Source: a virus (lineage: Duplodnaviria; Caudoviricetes). From it: a stretch of DNA of 61,388 bases. The notes below the pieces were generated by a model. It made no database searches. It was given only the letters and a program-made list of their open reading frames with translations, and was not told the origin of the DNA. The DNA lies in the IMG/VR virus record IMGVR_UViG_3300031228_000006, positions 1-61,388 of that record; one strand, written 5' to 3'. Both the position numbers and the translations under genes were made by a program. Below, piece by piece: positions 1 to 7,370 of the stretch (position 1 is its first letter; every line of letters starts with the position of its first letter).

Positions 1-289
1 GTAAGGCGCCTAAGAGGTCCAAAGGGGTACTCCCCCACCCCTTTGATCGTGGAGTTGTGCACACATTGCAACGACTTGGGTCTCGCGAGTACCAAAGATG
101 GACACGTATCAACGAGTGAACAAGGGCAACGAGAGGCATCACTAAGCGCACTCGATCACTAGTAGTGGTGTGCACTAGTGAGGTCATTGCAATGTGTATG
201 CGTGTACGTATGTCATCGATGCGTAGATAGTCACCATGGCCCATGTGTGTGGGGGTACGTAGTCATAGTGGGCCATACGTGTGGACAGT

Positions 290-479
290 AGATCCTCCTG
301 TATATGCACCAATGTGCAGGAGGATCTCTCGTATACAGGGGTATATGCAGGATGGGGGTAGGTATGTGCATGTGAACAGGAAGATGTGTGGTGCATAGGT
401 AGAAAGACAGGAGGATCTGTTGTGTAGGTAGGTATGGGACAGCAAGACATCCATATATACGGGGTAATAGCAGGAGGAT
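290..479 (+). repeat. Degenerate ~31-bp-period repeat (core CAGGAGGAT) near the genome end
   Basis: Cores at 317, 348, 377, 408, 440 and 471, plus an inverted copy at 290-300, in C-poor non-coding DNA. Confidence 0.65.
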
Positions 480-534
480 ATGTGGTGCTAGCAGTAGCAA
501 GCACCCTGTTAGCAGGGCTCAGAAGTATGTGTGA

Positions 535-549
535 TCTCAGGATGTGGAC
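535..549 (+). promoter_or_regulatory. TCTCA-N5-TGGAC operator-like site
   Basis: TCTCAggatgTGGAC; one of 9 intergenic copies. Confidence 0.6.
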
Positions 550-702
550 AACGAATATGTGGGCCCTGACCTGGGAAAACGCAACTAATGTATGTGCGAC
601 GTTCGTTCTCTAGTTGTGAACCCCCGTTGTTAGCGGCCAGTGTTCTTCTCGTAGCACCCGCCCCGCTCACACAGGGGGTGAGCGTGCAGGAGCAAAGCAT
701 TA

Positions 703-724
703 GTTTGAAAACTCAACAGTGTGT
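703..724 (+). promoter_or_regulatory. rrn-leader-like boxA/CL2 antitermination element
   Basis: GTTTGAAAACTCAACAGTGTGT closely resembles the actinobacterial rRNA leader motif (TTGAGAACTCAAYAGYGTG) as I recall it. It sits at the head of the long early arm. Confidence 0.65.
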
Positions 725-1140
725 GCAGATCATCCGCCCGGCGGTGAATTCTGTCTGAAGCCCGATCTACCGGCGCCCCTGGTCCTCTCGACCGGATGCA
801 GGCGCCGACACGGTCACACTGCTTCCCCGTGCACGGCACGGCGGACGGTGACCACGGGAGACGACGACGGATGCCACGGTTCCTAGGTTTCGGGGGCGCT
901 TCGGTGCCAGCAGGACTACGCGGGATGTGATCGGAAGACGCACGATGAACGAGACAGCAAGTAGCCCCAACGTGCTACCGCGTGATTGCCGAGAATCCAG
1001 AGGGACGGAATGGCCCGAAGGTAGGTGAGCAACGGTGAGAGGCAGGGGAAGAAAGCGACCCGACAGGGTGAGGTACAACGACAGGCCTGCCGCATGGGCC
1101 TGTCTGGCAGTGATCGCAAACGGTGATCTGTCCCAGCAAC
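725..1140 (+). ncRNA. Candidate large structured non-coding RNA
   Basis: No credible ORF. Many stems: CGGCGCC/GGCGCCG, GGTCAC/GTGACC, GGCGC-TTCG-GTGCC, TACGCGG/CCGCGTG, GACAGGCCTG/TGGGCCTGTC. Confidence 0.45.
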
Positions 1141-1143
1141 ATC

Positions 1144-1205
1144 GGCGCGCATGGGTTCCCTGACACATGCGAGCAAGTCACCCGGTTCGATCCCGGGGCG
1201 CGCCA
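1144..1205 (+). ncRNA. tRNA-like element (acceptor stem plus T-arm, no canonical D-arm)
   Basis: 7-bp stem GGCGCGC (1144-1150)/GCGCGCC (1198-1204), followed by A. T-arm CCCGG-TTCGATC-CCGGG (1181-1197). Confidence 0.6.
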
Positions 1206-1239
1206 CTCAGACCACCTAGCACCAACTGAGGAGATTCCC

Positions 1240-1458
1240 ATGTCCTACATCATTCGCATCCTTGTCGACGGACAGGCCAACGACTGGCACCACGACAGCG
1301 AGATCATTGCAGAGGCTCGCTACTCCAGCACGGAGCACCTGGTCACCAATGACGACCGCTACCACGACTTTGAGGTCTCGGTCCAGTTGATTGAGTCCTT
1401 CACCGATGGCCGCGAGCCTGAGGTGCGCTACGAATTCACGAAGCCCATGGGCGAGTGA
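1240..1458 (+). CDS. hypothetical protein
   Basis: GAGGAG RBS, ATG at 1240, phage-like codon usage. Confidence 0.8.
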   Translation: MSYIIRILVDGQANDWHHDSEIIAEARYSSTEHLVTNDDRYHDFEVSVQLIESFTDGREPEVRYEFTKPMGE

Positions 1459-1462
1459 CCAA

Positions 1463-1523
1463 GCCGAAACGTCGCGAGACGTCCGTGCCCGGATGGCTTC
1501 CGGCACGCTGATGAGGCAAGCCA
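1463..1523 (+). ncRNA. Type II hammerhead ribozyme with loop I/3' tail pseudoknot
   Basis: GCC-GAAA-CGTC(gcga)GACG-TC-CGTGCC(loop)GGCACG-CTGATGA-GGC. Loop TGGCTT is complementary to AAGCCA at 1518-1523. Predicted cleavage after GUC (C1483). Confidence 0.92.
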
Positions 1524-1541
1524 CCTACCGAGGAGTTCACC

Positions 1542-1769
1542 ATGCACGATTACCACGTCGTCACGTTCGATCACGAGAAGGCGGCCGACTCCCTGGTCAG
1601 CGACCTGACCACGCTGAAGGTCCCCGACTTCATCGCCTACCCGTTCGAGTCGGCCTATGCGGTCGCCGTACGGATCCCGGATGGCGTGAGCACCGCCGAT
1701 CACATGGCGGCGGTCAAAGCCATTGCCCTGGGGCGCGGCTCGCACAACGTCCGATTCGCGAGGTTCTGA
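1542..1769 (+). CDS. hypothetical protein
   Basis: GAGGAG RBS, 75 aa ORF. Confidence 0.8.
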   Translation: MHDYHVVTFDHEKAADSLVSDLTTLKVPDFIAYPFESAYAVAVRIPDGVSTADHMAAVKAIALGRGSHNVRFARF

Positions 1770-1930
1770 TGTTCCACGTTCACGTCAGGACCTACAACAT
1801 CGCCACCCGCACGTGGACGCGCGAATTCGGACGCGCGTTCTCCTCCTACTCCCGCGAAGAGGCAGAGGCCAACTACGCGGAACAGCGTCGGGACCTTCCC
1901 GACGCCGAGATCACGATCACCGAAGACTGA
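1769..1930 (+). CDS. hypothetical protein
   Basis: TGATG coupling with the upstream gene; begins MFHVHVRTY. Confidence 0.7.
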   Translation: MFHVHVRTYNIATRTWTREFGRAFSSYSREEAEANYAEQRRDLPDAEITITED

Positions 1931-1957
1931 CCAACCACACCGGGCCCACGGGCCCGC

Positions 1958-2035
1958 GTGCCTGCCGGGGTACGGCGATGGCGACACGACCGCACATGCG
2001 GCGCGTTAGGGGTTCGACTCCCCCGCTGGGCACCA
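1958..2035 (+). ncRNA. Second tRNA-like element ending in ACCA
   Basis: T-loop GGGG-TTCGACT-CCCC, terminal pairing GTGCCT/GGGCAC, then CA. Intergenic. Confidence 0.45.
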
Positions 2036-2064
2036 AAGCACACCCACAACAACAGGAGATCATC

Positions 2065-2457
2065 ATGAGCACCTTCCGAGGATTCACCGTCGGCCTGATC
2101 ACGCGAGTCGAGCGCGCTGGCAACCATCACCTGGACCGGAACACCCTGAAGTTCTTCAACGCCTACGGTGGCACGCACGCGCCGATCAGTGACGACGCCG
2201 TAGCCGTGGTCGAGTCGGTCAAGTTCGACGACGAGCCGCGCGTCTACCGCGTGATGCTGTTCCGGTTCTTCCCGGCCGCCAAGCACGCCGAGACGCACGA
2301 GCGGTGCGAGTCGGCCGCGATCACCACGAACGGCACCAAGTACGCCGCCGAGAAGGCGCTCACCGACTTCGCCCGGGTCGCCCGGGCGAAGGGCGTGGCG
2401 TACTGGTCCGAGAACGACCGCTGGCTGAGCCGCCAGGAGAACTACAAGGGCTTCTGA
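2065..2457 (+). CDS. hypothetical protein
   Basis: CAGGAG RBS; begins MSTFRGF. Confidence 0.8.
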   Translation: MSTFRGFTVGLITRVERAGNHHLDRNTLKFFNAYGGTHAPISDDAVAVVESVKFDDEPRVYRVMLFRFFPAAKHAETHERCESAAITTNGTKYAAEKALTDFARVARAKGVAYWSENDRWLSRQENYKGF

Positions 2458-2464
2458 CACCTTG

Positions 2465-2501
2465 CATCGGCCATCCGTTCGAGGGGGATGGATGGCCGGT
2501 G
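2465..2501 (+). other. Long intergenic stem-loop without U-tract (RNase III-like processing site?)
   Basis: CATCGGCCATCCGT pairs with ATGGATGGCCGGTG. Confidence 0.45.
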
Positions 2502-2537
2502 TTCAGTGCCACGACACCCACCGAGAAAGGCACCATC

Positions 2538-3095
2538 ATGAGCGACCACGCACGCCCGACCGACTACACCCGCGAGGAGTGCCTCCAGGCTGCCCGCGAC
2601 GCCGAGCACGTCGCGGCCCACTCCGGCACCACCGAGATGCGAGAGCACTCCACACGCCTTGCCGCTGAATGGCGCGCACGGGCCGAAGCCCTGGACACCG
2701 ACACCCGCGACGAGCACTGCAACACCTGCGCCCACGCGCCCGGCTCGCACATCCTGCACGCCCACGTTGAGTCCGAGTCTGCCGACTGCGACGGCCGGTA
2801 CTCCCGAGACTACGTTCTCACCATGTGGGACGACGAGAAGACCGACGAGATGGGTGACCTGAAGTTCGAGTCACGCGTCATTGGCGACGTGGTGAGCACC
2901 AACTACCCCGGCACGCTCACGGTCACCCCGGCCGATCCGAGCGACCCCATCCGCGACCCGGCCATGCTGGAGTGGAGCGCCTCTACCGAAGAGGGATTCG
3001 AGGCCAAGGTCGTCCGGTTCTGCCGCGATGCCGACTGCGACCTGGACGAGCCCGGCACCCAGCGCGACCACAGCGCCGAAGCCGCCGGTTACTGA
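2538..3095 (+). CDS. hypothetical protein
   Basis: GAAAGG RBS, 185 aa. Confidence 0.8.
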   Translation: MSDHARPTDYTREECLQAARDAEHVAAHSGTTEMREHSTRLAAEWRARAEALDTDTRDEHCNTCAHAPGSHILHAHVESESADCDGRYSRDYVLTMWDDEKTDEMGDLKFESRVIGDVVSTNYPGTLTVTPADPSDPIRDPAMLEWSASTEEGFEAKVVRFCRDADCDLDEPGTQRDHSAEAAGY

Positions 3096-3097
3096 CC

Positions 3098-3199
3098 ATG
3101 GCCACCGTGCCGAAGCGACCGACCCCCAAGCCGTTCGCGCCCATCACCCACACCGTACGCAACTCCGCCCGGGTCCCCGGGCAGACCAGAAAGGCATGA
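3098..3199 (+). CDS. small basic hypothetical protein
   Basis: Fills the gap between genes with an ATGA overlap downstream. Confidence 0.45.
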   Translation: MATVPKRPTPKPFAPITHTVRNSARVPGQTRKA

Positions 3200-3687
3200 C
3201 CATGCGCATCCACACCAACACCATCGAACTCGCCGACGTCTACCGCGCCGATGTCCCGGCGCGTACTCAGGTCAACGTCACCGTGCACGGATCCCGCACC
3301 CACGCCCGCGCGTTCGAGGTCAGCCTGACCGGCGAGTCCCGCCGCAACAACCAGTCCAACACGGGCAAGGCTGCCACCTGGGACCAGTGGGGAGTCTTCC
3401 TCTCCGTCCTCTTCGACCGCGACCCCGAGATGGTGGTCGGATCGGTCAAGCGTCCGGTCTACGCTGACCGCTATGACTTCGACCGCAAGACCAACGGCCG
3501 GTTCGGACCCACCGACACCAACGGAGTCCGCTACGACATGAACCCCGGCACCACGGCACCCGTCGGCCGCTACTGGCCCACCGATGCCCACGGTGACCAC
3601 AAGTTCGAGTTCGAGGGCGTCCGCTACGACAGCGCGATCGTCCACCGATGCACCAAGTGCACCGCCGCACAGATCCGGTTCGCCTGA
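3196..3687 (+). CDS. hypothetical protein
   Basis: ORF with typical codon usage and C-terminal CxxC. Confidence 0.8.
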   Translation: MTMRIHTNTIELADVYRADVPARTQVNVTVHGSRTHARAFEVSLTGESRRNNQSNTGKAATWDQWGVFLSVLFDRDPEMVVGSVKRPVYADRYDFDRKTNGRFGPTDTNGVRYDMNPGTTAPVGRYWPTDAHGDHKFEFEGVRYDSAIVHRCTKCTAAQIRFA

Positions 3688-3944
3688 TGAGCGACGCGAT
3701 CCCCTACTGGGAAGTCAACGATGAGCGCGTGCTGCCCGAGACCCTGCCTAAGGTCCTGGAGGTCATCACCGCACAGGAGAACGCCACTGGTGAGCCGATC
3801 GACCGCAACCGACTCACGTTCGCCTGCCTGACCTGTGGATCGACTGCCGAGGTCAAGAGCCCCGAAGAGCGCGATACCACAGCGCTCCACCTGTCCATGC
3901 CGTGCGCCGAGTCACACGACACGGTCTACTTTCTGTCCAAATAG
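3687..3944 (+). CDS. hypothetical Zn-binding protein
   Basis: TGATG coupling; CxxC...HxxxxC. Confidence 0.75.
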   Translation: MSDAIPYWEVNDERVLPETLPKVLEVITAQENATGEPIDRNRLTFACLTCGSTAEVKSPEERDTTALHLSMPCAESHDTVYFLSK

Positions 3945-3959
3945 CGGTCCTCCAGTCAT

Positions 3960-3996
3960 CCGCCCATCCCATGGAACGACAGCATGGTATGGGCGG
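3960..3996 (+). other. Intergenic stem-loop without U-tract
   Basis: CCGCCCATCCCATG pairs with CATGGTATGGGCGG. Confidence 0.4.
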
Positions 3997-4036
3997 GTCA
4001 TCGGGTCGACCGACCCCACCTGAACAGGAGATCATC

Positions 4037-4105
4037 GTGAACACCATCATCAACGCGCTGGGCCGCTTCATCATGGCGTTCGAGCGCTTCCTGGAGGGAC
4101 GCTGA
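4037..4105 (+). CDS. small peptide (22 aa)
   Basis: CAGGAG RBS, GTG start. Confidence 0.5.
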   Translation: MNTIINALGRFIMAFERFLEGR

Positions 4106-4107
4106 CC

Positions 4108-4473
4108 ATGCTGGAGAAGATCGCCCAACTCTTCCTTGCCCACCTGCTCACCTGGGCCGTCGTCGGCATCCTGGGCTCGTACGTGGCCAACGCCTACTAC
4201 ACCGATCTGGAGGGTGTCGACCACCCGGACCAGGTCATGGCGACCCGCCCCGACGCGCCCGGCACCGACCGCGCCCTCTGGACCCAGTACGAGGACAAGT
4301 GCTGGAGGTACGAGGCCAGGGGTGAGGCTACCGGCGCCATCCTGCGCGTCGACCCCAACGACCCGTTCGTTTACACGACCAAGCCCCGGCTGGTCCAGCG
4401 AGCGATCGACCAAGCCGTTAACAAGCACGACCGAGGGCTCGACCGAGTCCTCGCCTTCTGCACCGACAAGTAA
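4108..4473 (+). CDS. membrane-anchored hypothetical protein
   Basis: N-terminal hydrophobic helix. Confidence 0.75.
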   Translation: MLEKIAQLFLAHLLTWAVVGILGSYVANAYYTDLEGVDHPDQVMATRPDAPGTDRALWTQYEDKCWRYEARGEATGAILRVDPNDPFVYTTKPRLVQRAIDQAVNKHDRGLDRVLAFCTDK

Positions 4474-4485
4474 AGGACACCCACC

Positions 4486-4665
4486 ATGATCTGGCTCGCC
4501 CTAGCCGTCACGATCGTCTACGTCTTGACGACCACCACCGTCCTCGCCACCCCGCAGGTGGCCAGCCCTCGCCGTAGCGTCGTCTGCTACCTGGTCACGA
4601 CGTTCTGCGTCGCTTTGGTCTGGTTCACGGCGTACGGCTACTACAACATGCGAGTCCCGGCATGA
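4486..4665 (+). CDS. small membrane protein (2 TM)
   Basis: AAGGA RBS; begins MIWLALAVTIV. Confidence 0.65.
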   Translation: MIWLALAVTIVYVLTTTTVLATPQVASPRRSVVCYLVTTFCVALVWFTAYGYYNMRVPA

Positions 4666-4796
4666 TCACGCAAGCCACGGCCATCATGGCCCGCGCCGAC
4701 TACAACAGCAACGAGGGGCTGGCATGGATCCTGATCGGCGGCGCCATCATGCTGTTCATCCTCTGGCTGATCGGCCCCAGCGACAGGAACAAGTGA
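4662..4796 (+). CDS. small membrane protein
   Basis: ATGA overlap; hydrophobic segment LAWILIGGAIMLFILWLI. Confidence 0.6.
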   Translation: MITQATAIMARADYNSNEGLAWILIGGAIMLFILWLIGPSDRNK

Positions 4797-4888
4797 TGAC
4801 GTTCCGCCAGGGCTTCACCGCCGCCGTCCTCTGCATCCTGCCCGTCTGGGCAGGCGTCATCATCTACATCATTCGAACGAAAGGCTGA
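4796..4888 (+). CDS. small membrane peptide
   Basis: TGATG coupling; hydrophobic, 30 aa. Confidence 0.55.
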   Translation: MTFRQGFTAAVLCILPVWAGVIIYIIRTKG

Positions 4889-4892
4889 ACCC

Positions 4893-5039
4893 ATGGCAAC
4901 CCACCACCCCGCGTGCCCCGCCCGCCACGACCCGAACAAGCAGTGCATCTGCGCAGGCCTGGGCCGTCCGCCGAAGAAGCCGACGAGCCCCAAGACCCCC
5001 AACACTCCGAAGCGCCCCGGCGGAAGGCCCAAGCGATGA
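4893..5039 (+). CDS. small basic hypothetical protein
   Basis: H/C-containing N-terminus, K/P-rich tail, ATGA overlap. Confidence 0.5.
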   Translation: MATHHPACPARHDPNKQCICAGLGRPPKKPTSPKTPNTPKRPGGRPKR

Positions 5040-5536
5040 GCGGCCTGCAAGTCGGCGACAGGGTCCGACTGATCAACGACGACGAGCCCAAACTCAAGAG
5101 GGCGGGGGTCGTCAACGGTCACACCGGCACGATCACCCTCGCCGATACTGTCCCGCCCGACGCCGTCCAGTTCGTGGAGTGGCGCCCAGACGGAAGGGAT
5201 GGATTCCGCGACGGGGACGTCTTCAAGGCGAACCGATTCGAGAAGATGCCCACCACGGGTCCCGGCGAGGCCATCGCCGCCGTCCAGCAAGCCAACTTCG
5301 AGGGCTTCTCGGATCTGGTCGACGCCGAGAACGCCAAGATGGTGGACCAGGCCGAGAAGGACCAGATCACCGCCCTTCAGGACATGCTCAACGAGGCCGA
5401 GGGTCAACTCATCGTCGCCCGCGACTCCCTGAGCCGACAAGCCGCCGTCACCAACTGGCTGTGCGAGTCCGACCCCGAACTGAAAGCCAAGATCAACGCC
5501 TTCAGCGCTGGTTGGACCCGCGCTAAGCGCTCCTGA
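5036..5536 (+). CDS. hypothetical protein (SH3/KOW-like N-terminus, coiled coil)
   Basis: Begins MSGLQVGDRVRL. Confidence 0.75.
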   Translation: MSGLQVGDRVRLINDDEPKLKRAGVVNGHTGTITLADTVPPDAVQFVEWRPDGRDGFRDGDVFKANRFEKMPTTGPGEAIAAVQQANFEGFSDLVDAENAKMVDQAEKDQITALQDMLNEAEGQLIVARDSLSRQAAVTNWLCESDPELKAKINAFSAGWTRAKRS

Positions 5537-5537
5537 G

Positions 5538-5552
5538 TCTCACATCGTGGAC
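5538..5552 (+). promoter_or_regulatory. TCTCA-N5-TGGAC operator-like site
   Basis: TCTCAcatcgTGGAC, intergenic. Confidence 0.6.
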
Positions 5553-5616
5553 AGTCACTAGCCTGTCCTCGGTGTGATCCGACAGGATCGACACCCACTA
5601 GAGAAACGAGATCATC

Positions 5617-5958
5617 ATGAGCGACCGATACGACCGCCTGCCGAAGTGGGCGCACGAGGAGATCCTTGACCTCCAGCGTCGCGCCCTGGCCGCCGAGAAC
5701 GACGCCACCCTGGCCCGCCGGGAGGCCAGCGAGGCCAACCCCGACACCCGCACCTTTCTGGACGCCGGGTTCGGCCGCGAGGACATCCCGCTTCCCGAGC
5801 GCCAGAACGTCATCTTCAAGTTGCCCAACGGCAAAGTGACCGTCCGCGAGGAGAGCGGCAGCGTCTACGTGAACACCGTCAGTGACGGCAGGACGATCAC
5901 GGTTGTCATGCCGCACGCCTCCAACGCTCTCACGATCGCTCTGGTGGAGATCCGGTGA
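5617..5958 (+). CDS. hypothetical protein
   Basis: 113 aa ORF. Confidence 0.8.
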   Translation: MSDRYDRLPKWAHEEILDLQRRALAAENDATLARREASEANPDTRTFLDAGFGREDIPLPERQNVIFKLPNGKVTVREESGSVYVNTVSDGRTITVVMPHASNALTIALVEIR

Positions 5959-6566
5959 GGACCATCTTCGGCCGGGTCCACATGACCCGTGAGGAGTGGC
6001 TCAACGCCGCCGCCGCCCGGCTGGCCACCGACTTCGATGACGTCTTCGCCGAGCACGGCAAGCCGGAGATCTTCAGGAACGCCATGTACGCGGCCGGATG
6101 GCCGAGCCGTGGCGGCCAGTCCAAGGTGATCGGGCAGTGCTGGCCGACCAGCGCGTCCGGGGTCGCCCACGTCTTCATCAACCCCCGCCTCGGTGAGGAC
6201 ATCGTCGAGGTCCTCGCCACCCTCGCCCACGAGATGGCGCACGCCGCTGACGACTGTGGGTCAGGCCACAAGGGCCCCTTCACCAAGATGATCCGCAAGA
6301 TGGGCCTGACCGGGAAGCCCACGGCCACCGTGGCCGGTGAGGAGTTCGAGGCTTGGGCCAAGTCGGCCGCCGCCGCGCTGGGGCCCTACCCCCACAAGGC
6401 GATCACCGGCGTCAACCCCAACCTGAAGAAGCAGGTCAGCCGCCAGTTGAAGGTGTACGCCAAGGACTGCGACTCCTGCGACTACGTCGCCCGGACCACC
6501 CGCAAGTGGCTGGACGACCTGGGGGCGCCCAAGTGCCCCCACGGCGTCACCATGACCGAAGCCTGA
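5955..6566 (+). CDS. SprT-like zinc metalloprotease domain protein
   Basis: TLAHEMAH (HExxH), downstream GHKGPF and C-terminal Cys motifs. Confidence 0.75.
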   Translation: MRTIFGRVHMTREEWLNAAAARLATDFDDVFAEHGKPEIFRNAMYAAGWPSRGGQSKVIGQCWPTSASGVAHVFINPRLGEDIVEVLATLAHEMAHAADDCGSGHKGPFTKMIRKMGLTGKPTATVAGEEFEAWAKSAAAALGPYPHKAITGVNPNLKKQVSRQLKVYAKDCDSCDYVARTTRKWLDDLGAPKCPHGVTMTEA

Positions 6567-6600
6567 CCCGTTTACACGACCAGAGAGAGACACCCACATC

Positions 6601-7194
6601 ATGAAGAAGAACGAGATCAAGATCGGCGAGCACTACGCCTACCAGGAGCACTCCTACTCCCGGGTCTACCGGGTCATGGTCGAGGCCGAGGCGCAGATCC
6701 CGAAGGCCAAGTACCCGAAGTACGGTAACCAGAACACCGTCACCGGTTGGCGTCTCCGCATGGCCGACGGCGGCAAGTTCTCCGTCACGGGGTCGAACTG
6801 GACCACCACCAAGGTCGACACCATCGACGTCCCGAGCCGCACCCTGCTGGCCACCTGGGCCGACCACGTCGCCGCTCGCGAGGCCAGCGAGAAGGCCCAG
6901 CGAAAGGCCGCCGAGCACCGCCTGGAGGGACTCACCAAGAAGTTCCGACTCCTGTTGCAGGTCAGCGACGCGATGGACTTCCTCCAGCCCGAGCGCGAGT
7001 ACCGCGAGGTCACCCTGCGCAACGGCCATGCCGAGGCGGCAAGGGCGGCCGGATGGACCGTCACCATCGGGGCGATCCGCACCCGGCTCGACCTCGGTCA
7101 CGGCTACTTCGATGTCTCCCGAGACGAGGTCAGCCTGAAGGATGTCGCCGTCCTCGCGCGGGCGATCGTCGACACCCCCGAGTACACCGAGTGA
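6601..7194 (+). CDS. hypothetical protein
   Basis: 197 aa ORF. Confidence 0.8.
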   Translation: MKKNEIKIGEHYAYQEHSYSRVYRVMVEAEAQIPKAKYPKYGNQNTVTGWRLRMADGGKFSVTGSNWTTTKVDTIDVPSRTLLATWADHVAAREASEKAQRKAAEHRLEGLTKKFRLLLQVSDAMDFLQPEREYREVTLRNGHAEAARAAGWTVTIGAIRTRLDLGHGYFDVSRDEVSLKDVAVLARAIVDTPEYTE

Positions 7195-7370
7195 AGAGCA
7201 AGGCTCTGCTGATCTGGGGCGCGGTGGCACTGGTCATCGCGCCCTTCTTCACCATCCCCGTCCTGATGCTGGTCGCCGTCGTGTGGCTGTGCGTCTACCT
7301 GTCCAAGTCTCCCCAGCGGGACGCGGCCAACATCAACCACCTCGCCAACGAAGGGCGCCACTGGCTATGA
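7191..7370 (+). CDS. small membrane protein
   Basis: GTGA overlap; hydrophobic. Confidence 0.6.
   Translation: MKSKALLIWGAVALVIAPFFTIPVLMLVAVVWLCVYLSKSPQRDAANINHLANEGRHWL

Noticed and set aside
184-504. Minus-strand His/Tyr/Pro-rich ORFs near the left end
   Set aside because: Artefacts of the skewed repeat region; atypical codon usage and no RBS.
1144-2035. Canonical tRNA genes
   Set aside because: No proper D-arm or 7-nt anticodon loop geometry; reported as tRNA-like instead.
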